Below are positions 1 to 9,580 of a stretch of 64,000 nt of DNA, in pieces (positions within the stretch are counted from its first letter, which is position 1; the number at the start of each line of letters is the position of its first letter). This DNA comes from Elusimicrobiota bacterium. Its GTDB lineage: Bacteria > Elusimicrobiota > Elusimicrobia > UBA1565. Both the position numbers and the translations under genes were made by a program. The notes under the pieces are model-generated. The model was not told the origin of the DNA. It worked only from the letters and a program-made list of their open reading frames with translations, and ran no database searches. The DNA is taken from NCBI GenBank assembly GCA_043827405.1, contig JBDRPD010000053.1, positions 1-64,000 on the forward strand, read 5' to 3'.

Positions 1-206
1 ACGCCCACCGCCGGCGTGGCGGAGCCGCCCGGCACATAGGCGAGATATGCGGTCTCGGTCGCCCGCAGTTCCTTATACGCCCCGTACGGCGCGGGGTAAT
101 AGGTGGTAAGCGTCAGGGACTCGGTGTTCAGGTCCGGCGTCAGCAGGCAGACAAGCGCCAACGCCGCGAGCCCCACCGCTTCGCGGCGGCTCACGGTTAT
201 CCGCAC
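1..206 (-). CDS. 5' part of a secreted/surface protein with an ESLTLTTYYPAPYGAY motif (runs off the left edge)
   Basis: Manual translation from GTG at 206: MRITVSRREAVGLAALALVCLLTPDLNTESLTLTTYYPAPYGAYKELR...; hydrophobic N-terminus; no stop before the window edge. Confidence 0.7.
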   Translation of the reverse strand, partial: MRITVSRREAVGLAALALVCLLTPDLNTESLTLTTYYPAPYGAYKELRATETAYLAYVPGGSATPAVG

Positions 207-306
207 ACTTACTTCCCGTTCCTTGCGGGCCGGGGTATCCATTACTCTGAGTTTAACACTGGCGCCGCTATTTATCAAGAGGAAAAATATGGAAAAAGCG
301 CTTGTT

Positions 307-1608
307 TCATCGTCTGTTTTTTTCCTCGACAGCGGGCGTGATTTCCGCCGCCAGAGTCTCGGCGATCACGCGGTAACCCGCCGTGTTCGGATGGCAGTCG
401 TCCTCTGAAATATACTCAGCCCGGCTCTTGAACCGCGACTTGAAGACTCCCCGCAGATCCACGAACCGGGCATTCGCTTCCTGAGCGCCCGCCTCGACTT
501 CGGGATAAACATGATCAGGATAGGACGCGAACAGGACGCGCACGCCGCGGCGCTCGGCGATAGCGGCGATGCGGCGCACATCACGGAGCAGGCCCTTGCT
601 GACTTGCGTCTCGAGCGCTTCGCCGGCGCCGCCGGGAGCCGGGCGCGCCATGAACTGGCGCAGACCGGTCCGCGGCTCCTCATTATCCGGCTCGCGCTTA
701 TGGCGGTAGCGGGCGAGGGCCTGGCGGAGGATGCTCGAACCGGGGAACCGCTCCTGCCCTTCCCGCCAGCGCCGCACGGCTTGCTCTTCCTTCCCCAGCC
801 GCAGCAGCGCGTAGCCGAGCTCGAAATAAATCATCTCGGTTTCCGGCCTCGGCTCCAGCCGGAGGGCGCGCTCAAAGACCGGGACGGCCTCCGCCAGGCG
901 TCCTTCCTTCATGAGACAGCCGGCCGCATGCCCCCAGCCCGCGGGATGCTCGGGATTGAGCGCCGCGAACTCCTCGTAGAGCCGGCGCGCCGGCGCGTAT
1001 TCCCGGCGCTCCTCGAGCGCCTGGGCGCGCAAATAGAGCTCGCGGCCGCGCGTCGGGAAGCCGTCCTGCTGATGCGCCTCTCCGGTGCGGTCGTGCGAGA
1101 AGCCGTCGCGGCGCAGTCCCAGGGCCATCATCTTGACGAACTTGTAGACCCGCGAGCGCAGCAGCAGCCGGTCCGCCCGGTGCGGGAAAGCGCCGCCGTC
1201 CGCCGCTTCCAGCCCGAGCGTGTTCCAGGCATTGTCCTCTCCCGCGAGAACGATGAGCACGTCGGGGCGATAGCGCTCGAGACGGCGCTCGAGCCCGTCC
1301 GCCAGCACCGCCGTATTCATTCCCGGCAGCCCCTTATTGATCACCCGGTAGAGCGGCCTGCCGGCGCGCCGGTTCAAGGCGAGCTCCAGATGCCCGGGAT
1401 AATCCTCCCCCCCCAGGCCATAGGTGAAGGAGTCTCCCTCGCAGAGAATGGTAAAGCGCGCCTGCTTGGCGTCGTCGCGCGCCGTGCGGGCGCGCTGCAG
1501 GCCGGCGCCGATCACCCGGAAGGCGGCCTCGAACAGCAGCAGCGTCGCCGCGCAGCCGAGAGCCAGCGCGGCAAGACGAAAGGATAGCGACGGACGCGGC
1601 CTGCCCAT
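307..1608 (-). CDS. Membrane-anchored SGNH/GDSL hydrolase-family protein with TPR insertion
   Basis: N-terminal TM; GDSFTYG block I; NKGLPG block II; C-terminal DDCHPN (DxxHP); central TPR-like helices. Confidence 0.85.
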   Translation of the reverse strand: MGRPRPSLSFRLAALALGCAATLLLFEAAFRVIGAGLQRARTARDDAKQARFTILCEGDSFTYGLGGEDYPGHLELALNRRAGRPLYRVINKGLPGMNTAVLADGLERRLERYRPDVLIVLAGEDNAWNTLGLEAADGGAFPHRADRLLLRSRVYKFVKMMALGLRRDGFSHDRTGEAHQQDGFPTRGRELYLRAQALEERREYAPARRLYEEFAALNPEHPAGWGHAAGCLMKEGRLAEAVPVFERALRLEPRPETEMIYFELGYALLRLGKEEQAVRRWREGQERFPGSSILRQALARYRHKREPDNEEPRTGLRQFMARPAPGGAGEALETQVSKGLLRDVRRIAAIAERRGVRVLFASYPDHVYPEVEAGAQEANARFVDLRGVFKSRFKSRAEYISEDDCHPNTAGYRVIAETLAAEITPAVEEKNRR

Positions 1609-1684
1609 ATCCCAGAAGTGTATCCGGAGCGGAGCGGTGAATCAATACTTCCTTAATTTTCTAAACTGAAGGCCGGACCAACCC

Positions 1685-2446
1685 ATGGCGACCGAAGCGG
1701 AAGACAAAGGCGTGGCGCTGCTCTATTCCGGCGGGAGCGACTCATCGCTCGCCGCCTGCCTGCTGGCCCAGCGCTTTCCCAAGGTCTATCTAAACACCTT
1801 CATGCGCTTCGGCTTCATGGCGACCGGCTTTTCCTCGGTACACTACGAGCGGATGGAGAAGCGGTTCCCCGGCACCCAGTTCACGCACTCGATCATTCCC
1901 GCGTCGCGCTTCTACTCCGAGCTCGAAGGCCATGGCTACTTCTCCTCGCTGCGGGAATACGGCTTTATGGCGTTCGCCTCCTGCGGACACTGCAAGGTCG
2001 CCCTGCACTGGCGGAACCTGCTGTTCTGCCTGGAGCGGGGCGTGAAGTTCGCGGCCGACGGCGCGGTAGTGGACGCCGAGGAATTCGCCGAACAAAACCC
2101 CCGCATCCTGATGCCCGAGCTCAAGGACTTCTACGGGCACTTCGGCATCGAGCTCCTGCATCCCGTCTATCAAAAAGGGCTCTCCACCGAGGAGATGCTC
2201 TATGATCTCGGCATCAGCGACCAGCCCCGCATCAAACGCACGACCAAAGACAACCAGGTCATCTGCTCGCAGCAGATCGGCTTCGCCATGTTCCTGCGCA
2301 CCTATCTCCGGAACCGCTCGTTTGCGGAGTATGAGAAGCGCTACCGGCAGTACCTCAGCGGGAAGCTGGCCCATCTGCGCGCGCTGACCGAAGAGTATGT
2401 GAAAGATCCCGGGGGCGACACCCGCATCGGGAGGCTTCTCCGCTAG
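1685..2446 (+). CDS. PP-loop (adenine nucleotide alpha-hydrolase-like) protein with CxxC
   Basis: LLYSGGSDS PP-loop; SCGHCK; late Cys in QVICSQQ; paralogue at 28259. Confidence 0.7.
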   Translation: MATEAEDKGVALLYSGGSDSSLAACLLAQRFPKVYLNTFMRFGFMATGFSSVHYERMEKRFPGTQFTHSIIPASRFYSELEGHGYFSSLREYGFMAFASCGHCKVALHWRNLLFCLERGVKFAADGAVVDAEEFAEQNPRILMPELKDFYGHFGIELLHPVYQKGLSTEEMLYDLGISDQPRIKRTTKDNQVICSQQIGFAMFLRTYLRNRSFAEYEKRYRQYLSGKLAHLRALTEEYVKDPGGDTRIGRLLR

Positions 2447-2448
2447 CC

Positions 2449-2814
2449 ATGCAGCATGAGCTGATCACCTTCGAAGGCGCCAAGCCGAAAAAGCGGTTGA
2501 GCTTGGCTTCGGCCTATATCGTTTGCACGCTCGCCGCCTTGCTGCCGGGCCGCCTGCGCATCGCCTTCATCTTCGCGGTCAATTTCGTCTACAACCACAT
2601 CTTCGCGACCACCCGGCTGATCGTCGCCTTCCTCTGCCGGCAGCTGACGCACCTGCTCATCCTGCTCGCCTACTATCTCGTTCTCGGCCCCACCGCCCTG
2701 CTGGCGCGGCTCCTGCGGCGGGACTATCTCCTGACCCGCAGGCGGCAAGATTCGATGTACACGGACAAGGAACCCGCGGACAGCGGCGAGGAGCGCTTTT
2801 TGCGCCAGTACTGA
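2449..2814 (+). CDS. SxtJ-like small membrane protein
   Basis: LAYYLVLGPTALLARLLRRDYL and C-terminal FLRQY; directly upstream of the carbamoyltransferase. Confidence 0.7.
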   Translation: MQHELITFEGAKPKKRLSLASAYIVCTLAALLPGRLRIAFIFAVNFVYNHIFATTRLIVAFLCRQLTHLLILLAYYLVLGPTALLARLLRRDYLLTRRRQDSMYTDKEPADSGEERFLRQY

Positions 2815-4496
2815 TGAACATCCTCGGGCTCTCCTACATGTATCACGACTCCGCCGCCTGCCTGGTACGCGACGGCGAGGTTCTGGCGGCCGCCGCCGAA
2901 GAGCGCTTTCTGCGCATCAAGCACAGCGTGGATTTTCCCGCGCGCGCCATCCGCTACTGCCTGCAGGAAGGCGGGCTCAAGATCGACGATATCGACGCGA
3001 TCGTCTTCTACGAGAAGCCCTATCTGAAGTTCGAGCGCATCCTGAAGTCGCACCTGATGACTTTCCCGTGTTCCTACAAGAGCTTCCGCCGCTTCCTGCC
3101 CATGTGGCTGAGCTACAAGCTCACGGTCCCGGACATCATCCGCGAGCATACCGGCTACCGGGGAAAGATCTACTTCACCGATCATCACTACGCCCATGCC
3201 GCCAGCGCCTTTCTGCCTTCGCCGTTCGAGCGCGCGCTGATCGTTACCATGGACGGCACGGGAGAATGGTCGACCCTCGCCGTCGGCAAAGGCGAGGGGA
3301 CCGGCATCCAGCTGGACCGCGACCTGCGTTTTCCGCATTCTCTCGGCCTGCTCTACAGCGCGGTCACCGCGCACCTCGGCTTCAAGGTCAATGAAGGAGA
3401 AGGCAAAGTCATGGGGCTGGCCGCCTACGGCAAGCCGTCGTTTCGCCGGCAGTTCGACCGCATAATCCAAGTGCATGAGGACGGCAGCTTCCGGCTCAAC
3501 CTGGATTTTTTCTCGTTTCATTACGACCTGGTAATGACCAATCCGCGGTTCGCGAAGCTGCTGTGTCCGCCGCGGGAACCGGAAAGCGAGCTCCGCGACG
3601 AACACCGCGACCTGGCCGCGACCCTGCAGGCGGTGGTCGAAGAGATCGTGCTCAAGATCGTCCGCAGCGCCCACCGGACCTACGGGCTCGACCGGCTCTG
3701 TCTCGCCGGCGGCGTGGCGCTCAACTGCGTGGCCAACGGCCGCATCCTCGAGGATACGCCGGTCAAGGAGCTTTTCATCCAGCCCGCTTCCGGAGACGAC
3801 GGCGGGGCGCTGGGCAGCGCCCTCTACCTGCACACCCGGCTGCACGGCGGCCGCAGCCGCTGGCGGATGCGGGACGCTTTCCTCGGCCCTTCCTACTCCG
3901 ATGAAGAAGTGGAGGAGTGCCTGCGCCAGCGGGGCGCCCGCTACGAAAAGCTCTTCGACGAAGAGCTGCTGCCGCGAACCGCCGCGCTGCTGGCCGCCGG
4001 CAAGATCATCGGCTGGTTCCAGGGCCGCATGGAATTCGGGCCGCGCGCCCTCGGCAACCGCAGCATCCTCGCCGACCCGCGCGACCCCGGGATGAAGGAC
4101 GTGCTCAACGAACGCGTCAAGCACCGCGAGACCTTCCGGCCTTTCGCGCCCGCCGTCTGCGCCGAGGACGCGGCCGCCTACTTCGACTGCGCGCAGGCCA
4201 GCCCCTTCATGCTGCTCTCGGTCCCGGTGGCCGAGAAGATGCGCGGGAAGCTCCCCAGCATCGTGCATGTGGACGGCAGCGCGCGCTTCCAAACCGTGGA
4301 AGAAGACGTCCAGCCGCGCTTCCATAAACTGCTGCGCGCTTTCGCGAAGGAGGCGGGCGTGCCGGTGCTCCTCAACACATCCTTTAACCTGCGCGGCGAG
4401 CCCATCGTCTGCACGCCGCGCGAAGCCTACAACTGCTTTTGCAGCACCGAGATGGACTATCTCGTTATGAACCGCTATCTTATCCGCAAGGACTAA
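2814..4496 (+). CDS. Carbamoyltransferase (NodU/CmcH family)
   Basis: ATG overlaps upstream TGA; YHDSAA, EERF, HHYAHAASAF, EGKVMGLAAYG, GPRALGNRS, RPFAP, LLNTSFN motifs. Confidence 0.95.
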   Translation: MNILGLSYMYHDSAACLVRDGEVLAAAAEERFLRIKHSVDFPARAIRYCLQEGGLKIDDIDAIVFYEKPYLKFERILKSHLMTFPCSYKSFRRFLPMWLSYKLTVPDIIREHTGYRGKIYFTDHHYAHAASAFLPSPFERALIVTMDGTGEWSTLAVGKGEGTGIQLDRDLRFPHSLGLLYSAVTAHLGFKVNEGEGKVMGLAAYGKPSFRRQFDRIIQVHEDGSFRLNLDFFSFHYDLVMTNPRFAKLLCPPREPESELRDEHRDLAATLQAVVEEIVLKIVRSAHRTYGLDRLCLAGGVALNCVANGRILEDTPVKELFIQPASGDDGGALGSALYLHTRLHGGRSRWRMRDAFLGPSYSDEEVEECLRQRGARYEKLFDEELLPRTAALLAAGKIIGWFQGRMEFGPRALGNRSILADPRDPGMKDVLNERVKHRETFRPFAPAVCAEDAAAYFDCAQASPFMLLSVPVAEKMRGKLPSIVHVDGSARFQTVEEDVQPRFHKLLRAFAKEAGVPVLLNTSFNLRGEPIVCTPREAYNCFCSTEMDYLVMNRYLIRKD

Positions 4497-4675
4497 TGGG
4501 ATTTCGCGCGGGGCTCGAAAAGCGGACGGCGGCGGCCAGGGAATTCTTCCGCATGGTGCGCGACCGGAAAACCTACATCCTCATCCCCCTGATCGCCGCG
4601 ATCCTCGGCATCCTGCTGTTCATGTTCTTCGCCGAGATGCCGGTCCTGATACCGTTCTTTTACGCCGTCTTCTAA
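4496..4675 (+). CDS. DUF5989 / SxtK-like small membrane protein
   Basis: TAATG coupling; RKTYILIPLI...IPFFYAVF C-terminal signature; follows the carbamoyltransferase. Confidence 0.8.
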   Translation: MGFRAGLEKRTAAAREFFRMVRDRKTYILIPLIAAILGILLFMFFAEMPVLIPFFYAVF

Positions 4676-4695
4676 TAAATTATCATGGTGACGAT

Positions 4696-5088
4696 ATGAG
4701 CGCAGCCGCCCCGCAGCCGGTGAAGATACTATTGGTCGACGACGATGAGGACCTGCTCAAAGTCTATCAGCTCACCCTGAGCAAGACCGGCTATGAAGTG
4801 GACGTCGCGGAAGGCGGCTACCAGGCTCTGGGCAAAATGGACAAGACCGCATACGATATCGTGGTCCTGGATCTCATGATGCCCAACTGCTCGGGATTCG
4901 AGGTCCTGCTCAAGCTCCAGGAAAAGAAGGGCGCCAAGCCCTCCGTCATCGTCGCTACCGGAGCGCATAAGGACGCCGACACCGTAAAGCGCATCCGCCT
5001 GGAGCCCATCGTGGCGGACTTCCTGTTCAAGCCGCTCGAAGCCGACGCTCTGATCGATGCGATCAGCCGCGCGCTGAAAAAGGACTAG
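4696..5088 (+). CDS. Single-domain response regulator receiver
   Basis: ILLVDDD, LDLMMP, ATG, FKP motifs. Confidence 0.92.
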   Translation: MSAAAPQPVKILLVDDDEDLLKVYQLTLSKTGYEVDVAEGGYQALGKMDKTAYDIVVLDLMMPNCSGFEVLLKLQEKKGAKPSVIVATGAHKDADTVKRIRLEPIVADFLFKPLEADALIDAISRALKKD

Positions 5089-5158
5089 CACCGCCTTACG
5101 GCGGCACAAGCCGCCTCGATCGCCCGTGCACTGAAATCGCGCATTCCCTAAAGGCGGA

Positions 5159-5887
5159 CTAGTACAAAGCCGTCTGCAGCTTCGCGGCGAGCTTATCCGC
5201 CCGCGGAATCTCCAGCCGCCGTCCGTGAACGCGGATCAGACGATCGCGCTGCAGCCGGCCGAGCGCGCGGATAACGGTTTCAGGCGCCGCGCCGATAAAA
5301 TCCGCGATCTCCTGGCGGCTCAGCGGTATCTCGACGCTCTCATCGGCGCCGCCGCGCAGGCCTTCGGCGCAGCGCAGCAGAAAGGCGATCAGCCGCTCTT
5401 CCGCTTTCTGCTGCGAGCGCTGGACCAGCCGGTCGTGCAGGCCGGCCATCTCGCCGGCCATCATCCGCGCCAGGTTGCGCATCATGGGCGGGGCGCCCCG
5501 CAGGAGGGAGCGGACGCTGTCGACCGGGAAGCAGCATACTTCCACATCCGTCACCGCCTGAGCATAGAGATCGTGCGGCTTCTCGGCGAGCAGCGCATGA
5601 TAGCCCAGCAGTTCGCCGGCGACGGCGAGCCGGATAATCTGCTCCTTGCCGGCCGGACCGACGCGGCACAGCTTGACCAGGCCGTTCTCGATGCAGTGCA
5701 GCGCGAGCGGCCTGTTGCCCGCCTGAAACAGCACCTGGCCGCGCGCGAAAACGCCCTTGGTTTTTACCCCCTCCAGGCGCCGCAGCATGTAGTCGGACAG
5801 GCCGGAAAACGGACCGCTCTGGGAGCGCACGCAGCTGGCGCAGGCGCTCTTGGATAATTTGGACCGGGAGCGGTTCGGCTCTCGCAT
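5159..5887 (-). CDS. Crp/Fnr family transcriptional regulator
   Basis: ATG at 5887 overlaps the moeA stop; N-terminal CASC; cNMP-type domain (GELLG); HTH LSRQEIADFIGAAPETVIRAL. Confidence 0.92.
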   Translation of the reverse strand: MREPNRSRSKLSKSACASCVRSQSGPFSGLSDYMLRRLEGVKTKGVFARGQVLFQAGNRPLALHCIENGLVKLCRVGPAGKEQIIRLAVAGELLGYHALLAEKPHDLYAQAVTDVEVCCFPVDSVRSLLRGAPPMMRNLARMMAGEMAGLHDRLVQRSQQKAEERLIAFLLRCAEGLRGGADESVEIPLSRQEIADFIGAAPETVIRALGRLQRDRLIRVHGRRLEIPRADKLAAKLQTALY

Positions 5888-7125
5888 TACTTGAGCCAGC
5901 GGAACTCCAGCTCCATGCCGGGTTCCAGCCGGGTGATGCCTATAGGAGCCTTGGCGAGGGCGTTGGCGCTGCAGGCCATGCCCAGCATCGCCGAGCCCTG
6001 GGGCCGGATTACTTCGAGGAGGAACTCTCCGTCCCGCCGCCGGGCGCGGCAGAAGACGTATTGCCGGCGGTCCTTCGGCTTCGCGTAGGCGTTGACGAGC
6101 TTGCCGCGCAGGTGATAGCTGGGCGGACCGCTCATCTGCCCCTGCATGCGCTCGAGCGCCGGACGCACGAGCTCTTCCGTGCACACCAGCGCGGAGACCG
6201 GGTTGCCGGGGATGCCGAACACCGGCTTGCCCCCGCAGGTGCCGAAGAGCAGGGGCTTGCCGGGCTTCTGCGCCACCTTCCACAGCACGGCCTCGAAGCC
6301 GAGCTCGTCGAGCGCGGCGCGGGTGAAGTCGAAGTCGCCCACCGAGACGCCGCCGGTGATGAGTAAAATGTCGGCCCGCCGCAGGGCGTCGGCGATCAGC
6401 TCCCGTATTTTGTCCTTGTCGTCCGGCGCGATCGCGCAGGCGATCGGCTCGCAGCCCCAGCGGCGCAGCAGCGCGGCCAATGCCGGATCGTTCGAGTTGC
6501 GGATCATGCCGGGCCCCGGCTCCTCGCTGTAGTGCACCAGCTCATCGCCGCTGGTGGCTACGGCGACCCGGGGCTTGCGCACCACGCGGACCTTGGTTAT
6601 GCCCTGCGCCGCCAGCATGGATATCTCATACGCCCGCAGCACGCAGCCCTCGCGCAGCAGCGCTTGGCCCGCCCGCACGTCGCCCCCGTGCCGACGGATA
6701 TGATCGCCGGGCTCGGGATCGAGCATGAGCTCGACGCCCGCGTCCGTCTGGCGTGAAAACTCGCGCATAACAACCGCATCGGCGCCCCGGGGGACGGGCG
6801 CGCCGGTCATAATCTTGACGGCTTCACCGGGCTGGAGCTCTATATTTCCCAGCTGGCCCGCGCGGAGGGTAGCGCGCATCTTCAGCCGCACCGGCGCTTC
6901 CGGCCGCGCGCCCCGCAGATCCCGCGCGCGCACGGCATACCCGTCCATCGCCGAATTATCGAACGGCGGCAGATCGCAGCCGGCCGCTACGTCCTGCGCG
7001 AGGACATGATCGATCGCTTGCGCGATCTCTCGGTCCTCGAACGGCAGGACGCGTACCGTGTTCAGGATGATCTTCAGCGCTTCGTCCGGATGGACGAACA
7101 GCCTTTCGGCGCTACCCGCAGCCAT
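5887..7125 (-). CDS. moeA: Molybdopterin molybdotransferase
   Basis: PPFDNSAMDGYA, IMTGAPVP, SGDEL, TGGVSVGDFD, KPGKP, PGNPVS. Confidence 0.96.
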   Translation of the reverse strand: MAAGSAERLFVHPDEALKIILNTVRVLPFEDREIAQAIDHVLAQDVAAGCDLPPFDNSAMDGYAVRARDLRGARPEAPVRLKMRATLRAGQLGNIELQPGEAVKIMTGAPVPRGADAVVMREFSRQTDAGVELMLDPEPGDHIRRHGGDVRAGQALLREGCVLRAYEISMLAAQGITKVRVVRKPRVAVATSGDELVHYSEEPGPGMIRNSNDPALAALLRRWGCEPIACAIAPDDKDKIRELIADALRRADILLITGGVSVGDFDFTRAALDELGFEAVLWKVAQKPGKPLLFGTCGGKPVFGIPGNPVSALVCTEELVRPALERMQGQMSGPPSYHLRGKLVNAYAKPKDRRQYVFCRARRRDGEFLLEVIRPQGSAMLGMACSANALAKAPIGITRLEPGMELEFRWLK

Positions 7126-7134
7126 GGCCCGGCG

Positions 7135-7332
7135 TCAGGGTTTCTCGGAAGGAGTCTCTTTTTCGGGCTTCTCGTCCTGGGGGGCGTCGGGCATTTCCTT
7201 CATCCCCGCCTTGAACGAGTTGATAGCCTTGCCGAAAGAGCGCGCGATCTCCGGGATCTGCTTGGCGCCAAAAAAGAGCAAGCCGACCCCGAGGATGAGT
7301 ATAAGTTCGCCGTAACCGATGTTCGGAAGCAT
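7135..7332 (-). CDS. tatA: Twin-arginine translocase TatA/E subunit
   Basis: ELILILGVGLLFFGAKQIPEIARSFGKAINSFK; GGAGGT RBS before ATG 7332. Confidence 0.93.
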   Translation of the reverse strand: MLPNIGYGELILILGVGLLFFGAKQIPEIARSFGKAINSFKAGMKEMPDAPQDEKPEKETPSEKP

Positions 7333-7374
7333 TCGGACCTCCAAAAAACTATTAGACCATATTTCGCCGGCGGC

Positions 7375-8364
7375 TCACCCGCCGATCGAGCACATCACGC
7401 GCGATCCGCCGGCGTGTCCGCCGCACCGCTCGAACATACGATGCCCGCGCGGCTTGCGCTTGATCGCGTCCAGTATCCGTTGCCGAATATCCTCTTCCCG
7501 GGCGCCCGCCCGCAGCGTCGCCCGCAGATCGACGCCGTCCTCTCCGTCCAGGCAGGCCACCAAGGTCCCCGCCGCGCTTAAGCGAACGCGGTTGCAGCCG
7601 CCGCAGAAGCCGCGGCTCAGCGCGCCGATAAAGCCCACGGTGCCGGCCGCGCCGGGCCGCCGGTAATAGCGGGCCGGACCATGCCCCGGCGGCCGCTGGT
7701 CCGCCGCGGCCTCCTCCAGCGGCCCGGTCAGGGCCATCATCTCCGCCAGCGGCACCCGGCGCGCGGCGGCGAAATAGTTCGTCTCCCCCATCGGCATAAG
7801 CTCGATGAAGCGCACGTGCAGCGGACGCGCCTGCGTCAGCGCCGCGAAGTCCGCGAGCTCGCCGTCGTTGAGGCCGCGGGCGACCACGCAGTTGAGCTTG
7901 ACCGGAGTCAGCCCCGCGTCCAGGGCCGCGTTCACTCCGTCGAGGACGGTCGGCAGGTCGCCGTAGCGCGTCAGCCGGCGGAAGTTGTCCGCCCGCAGCG
8001 TGTCCAAGCTGATATTGACGCGCGCCAGCCCCGCCGCGGCGAGCGGCAGCGCGAAGCGGCGCAGCAGCATGCCGTTGGTCGTGAGTGAAACTTCTTCGAT
8101 CCCCGGGATGCGGACCAGGCGGCCGATGAGCTCCGGCAGGCCCGGCCGCACCAGCGGCTCGCCGCCGGTGATGCGGATTTTGCGCCAGCCGGTTTCCGCG
8201 AAGCGCGCGGCCAGCGCGGCGATCTCGTCGTCGCTGAGGAGATCGCCGGCGGGCCGGTAGCGGCCGCGGCCGACCGGCAAGCAGTAGGCGCAGCGCAAAT
8301 TGCAGCGGTCGGTCACCGACAAACGCAGGTAATCGATGTGCCGGCCGAACCCGTCAATAGGCAT
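7375..8364 (-). CDS. moaA: GTP 3',8-cyclase
   Basis: YLRLSVTDRCNLRCAYC, RITGGEP, FCGGCNRVR, C-terminal MCSIGG; start ATG 8364. Confidence 0.97.
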   Translation of the reverse strand: MPIDGFGRHIDYLRLSVTDRCNLRCAYCLPVGRGRYRPAGDLLSDDEIAALAARFAETGWRKIRITGGEPLVRPGLPELIGRLVRIPGIEEVSLTTNGMLLRRFALPLAAAGLARVNISLDTLRADNFRRLTRYGDLPTVLDGVNAALDAGLTPVKLNCVVARGLNDGELADFAALTQARPLHVRFIELMPMGETNYFAAARRVPLAEMMALTGPLEEAAADQRPPGHGPARYYRRPGAAGTVGFIGALSRGFCGGCNRVRLSAAGTLVACLDGEDGVDLRATLRAGAREEDIRQRILDAIKRKPRGHRMFERCGGHAGGSRVMCSIGG

Positions 8365-8950
8365 GGACGGCCTCCCGCAGCGCGGCGGGCGTATCGACGT
8401 CGAAAAACGACAGCCCCCTGGGATCGTCGACCGCCGCGGCATGCTCCGGCAAAAAACGCGTATCGACCGCGGCGAAAATCTCACGCAGGCCGGGAGTTCC
8501 GCGCGAAAACAACCCTTCCAGCGCGTACCGGCAGCGCTGCGAATAGACCGCGCACAGCGGCTGCGCTTGGCCGCGCCACACGGGAACCGCGGCGTCATGA
8601 TCGCGCGCCGCGGCGCACAAGCGCCGCACCAAAGCCGGCCGGATCAGCGGCATGTCGCAGGCGCAGACGAAAATCCTCTCGGTGGCGGCCGCGCGCAGCC
8701 CCGCAAGCACGCCGACCGCCGGATGGCTCGACGGCGAGTCGTCGCGCACCACGCGGATGCCGTCTCCCGCCAAAAAGTCATAGGCACCGGGATCCTTGGC
8801 CGCGATCAGCGTCTCCCGGAACAGCCCCGCCAGCACGCGCACCGGCGCCTCGATCAAGCGCTCGCCGCGCCACGGCGCCAGCGCTTTATTCGAGCCGAAG
8901 CGGCGGCTGCGTCCTCCCGTCAGCACGACGCCGGTAACGCCCTCGATCAT
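8354..8950 (-). CDS. mobA: Molybdenum cofactor guanylyltransferase
   Basis: VLTGGRSRRFGSNKA, ACDMP, QPLCAVY, DVDTP. Confidence 0.93.
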   Translation of the reverse strand: MIEGVTGVVLTGGRSRRFGSNKALAPWRGERLIEAPVRVLAGLFRETLIAAKDPGAYDFLAGDGIRVVRDDSPSSHPAVGVLAGLRAAATERIFVCACDMPLIRPALVRRLCAAARDHDAAVPVWRGQAQPLCAVYSQRCRYALEGLFSRGTPGLREIFAAVDTRFLPEHAAAVDDPRGLSFFDVDTPAALREAVHAY

Positions 8951-9381
8951 GCCGCGCCGCCCTGCTCAAACTTCACCTTCCAGATCGGCGCATGCGCCTT
9001 GATCTCTTCGAGCATCCACCGGCAGGCGGCAAAGGCCTCTTCCCGGTGCTCGCCCGCGCAGACGATGATGATGCTGGACTCTCCGGCGGGAACTTCGCCG
9101 ACGCGGTGCTCGACGACCGCGCGCACGCCCCAGCGGCGATGCGCCTCGACGAGCAGCTTGGCGATCTCTTTGCGCGCCATCGACTCGTAGACCTCGTAGC
9201 GGATCGCGCGGATGGGCTCGCCCCCCTCGCTGTCGCGCACATTGCCGGAAAAAGTGACGACCCCGCCCGTCCGGGTATCGGCGGCGCGGGCGACGGCGGC
9301 CGCGAGGTCCAGCGGCCCGTCCGTGATCCGGACGTCCTCAGCCGCCGCTGACGGGCGGCATGAAGGCGACTTCGTCCCCAT
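8947..9381 (-). CDS. moaE: Molybdopterin synthase catalytic subunit (start uncertain)
   Basis: GGVVTFSGNVR, YEVYESMA, HRVG, HREEAF, APIWK. Confidence 0.93.
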   Translation of the reverse strand: MGTKSPSCRPSAAAEDVRITDGPLDLAAAVARAADTRTGGVVTFSGNVRDSEGGEPIRAIRYEVYESMARKEIAKLLVEAHRRWGVRAVVEHRVGEVPAGESSIIIVCAGEHREEAFAACRWMLEEIKAHAPIWKVKFEQGGAA

Positions 9382-9580
9382 CCTTGACCTCCGTATCGAA
9401 ATCGGCGATATCCTCGTTAACCGCGACGCACAGCAGGCCGCGGTGCTCGAGTATCGGATCGAGCTCGTCGCGGCTCAGCAGGAGATCCGCCAGCGGGCCC
9501 GGCTTATGCTGCTCGATCTCCATCTCATGGCGGCCGATCCAGTCCGCGCACTGGGCGAAGAATATCAGCTTTATCGCCAT
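9338..9580 (-). CDS. moaD: Molybdopterin synthase sulfur carrier
   Basis: 80 aa ubiquitin-like; GDEVAFMPPVSGG C-terminus. Confidence 0.95.
   Translation of the reverse strand: MAIKLIFFAQCADWIGRHEMEIEQHKPGPLADLLLSRDELDPILEHRGLLCVAVNEDIADFDTEVKDGDEVAFMPPVSGG

Noticed and set aside
2449..4675. Saxitoxin biosynthesis (sxtI/J/K resemblance)
   Set aside because: No sxtA, amidinotransferase or other core genes; this cassette type is widespread outside toxin clusters
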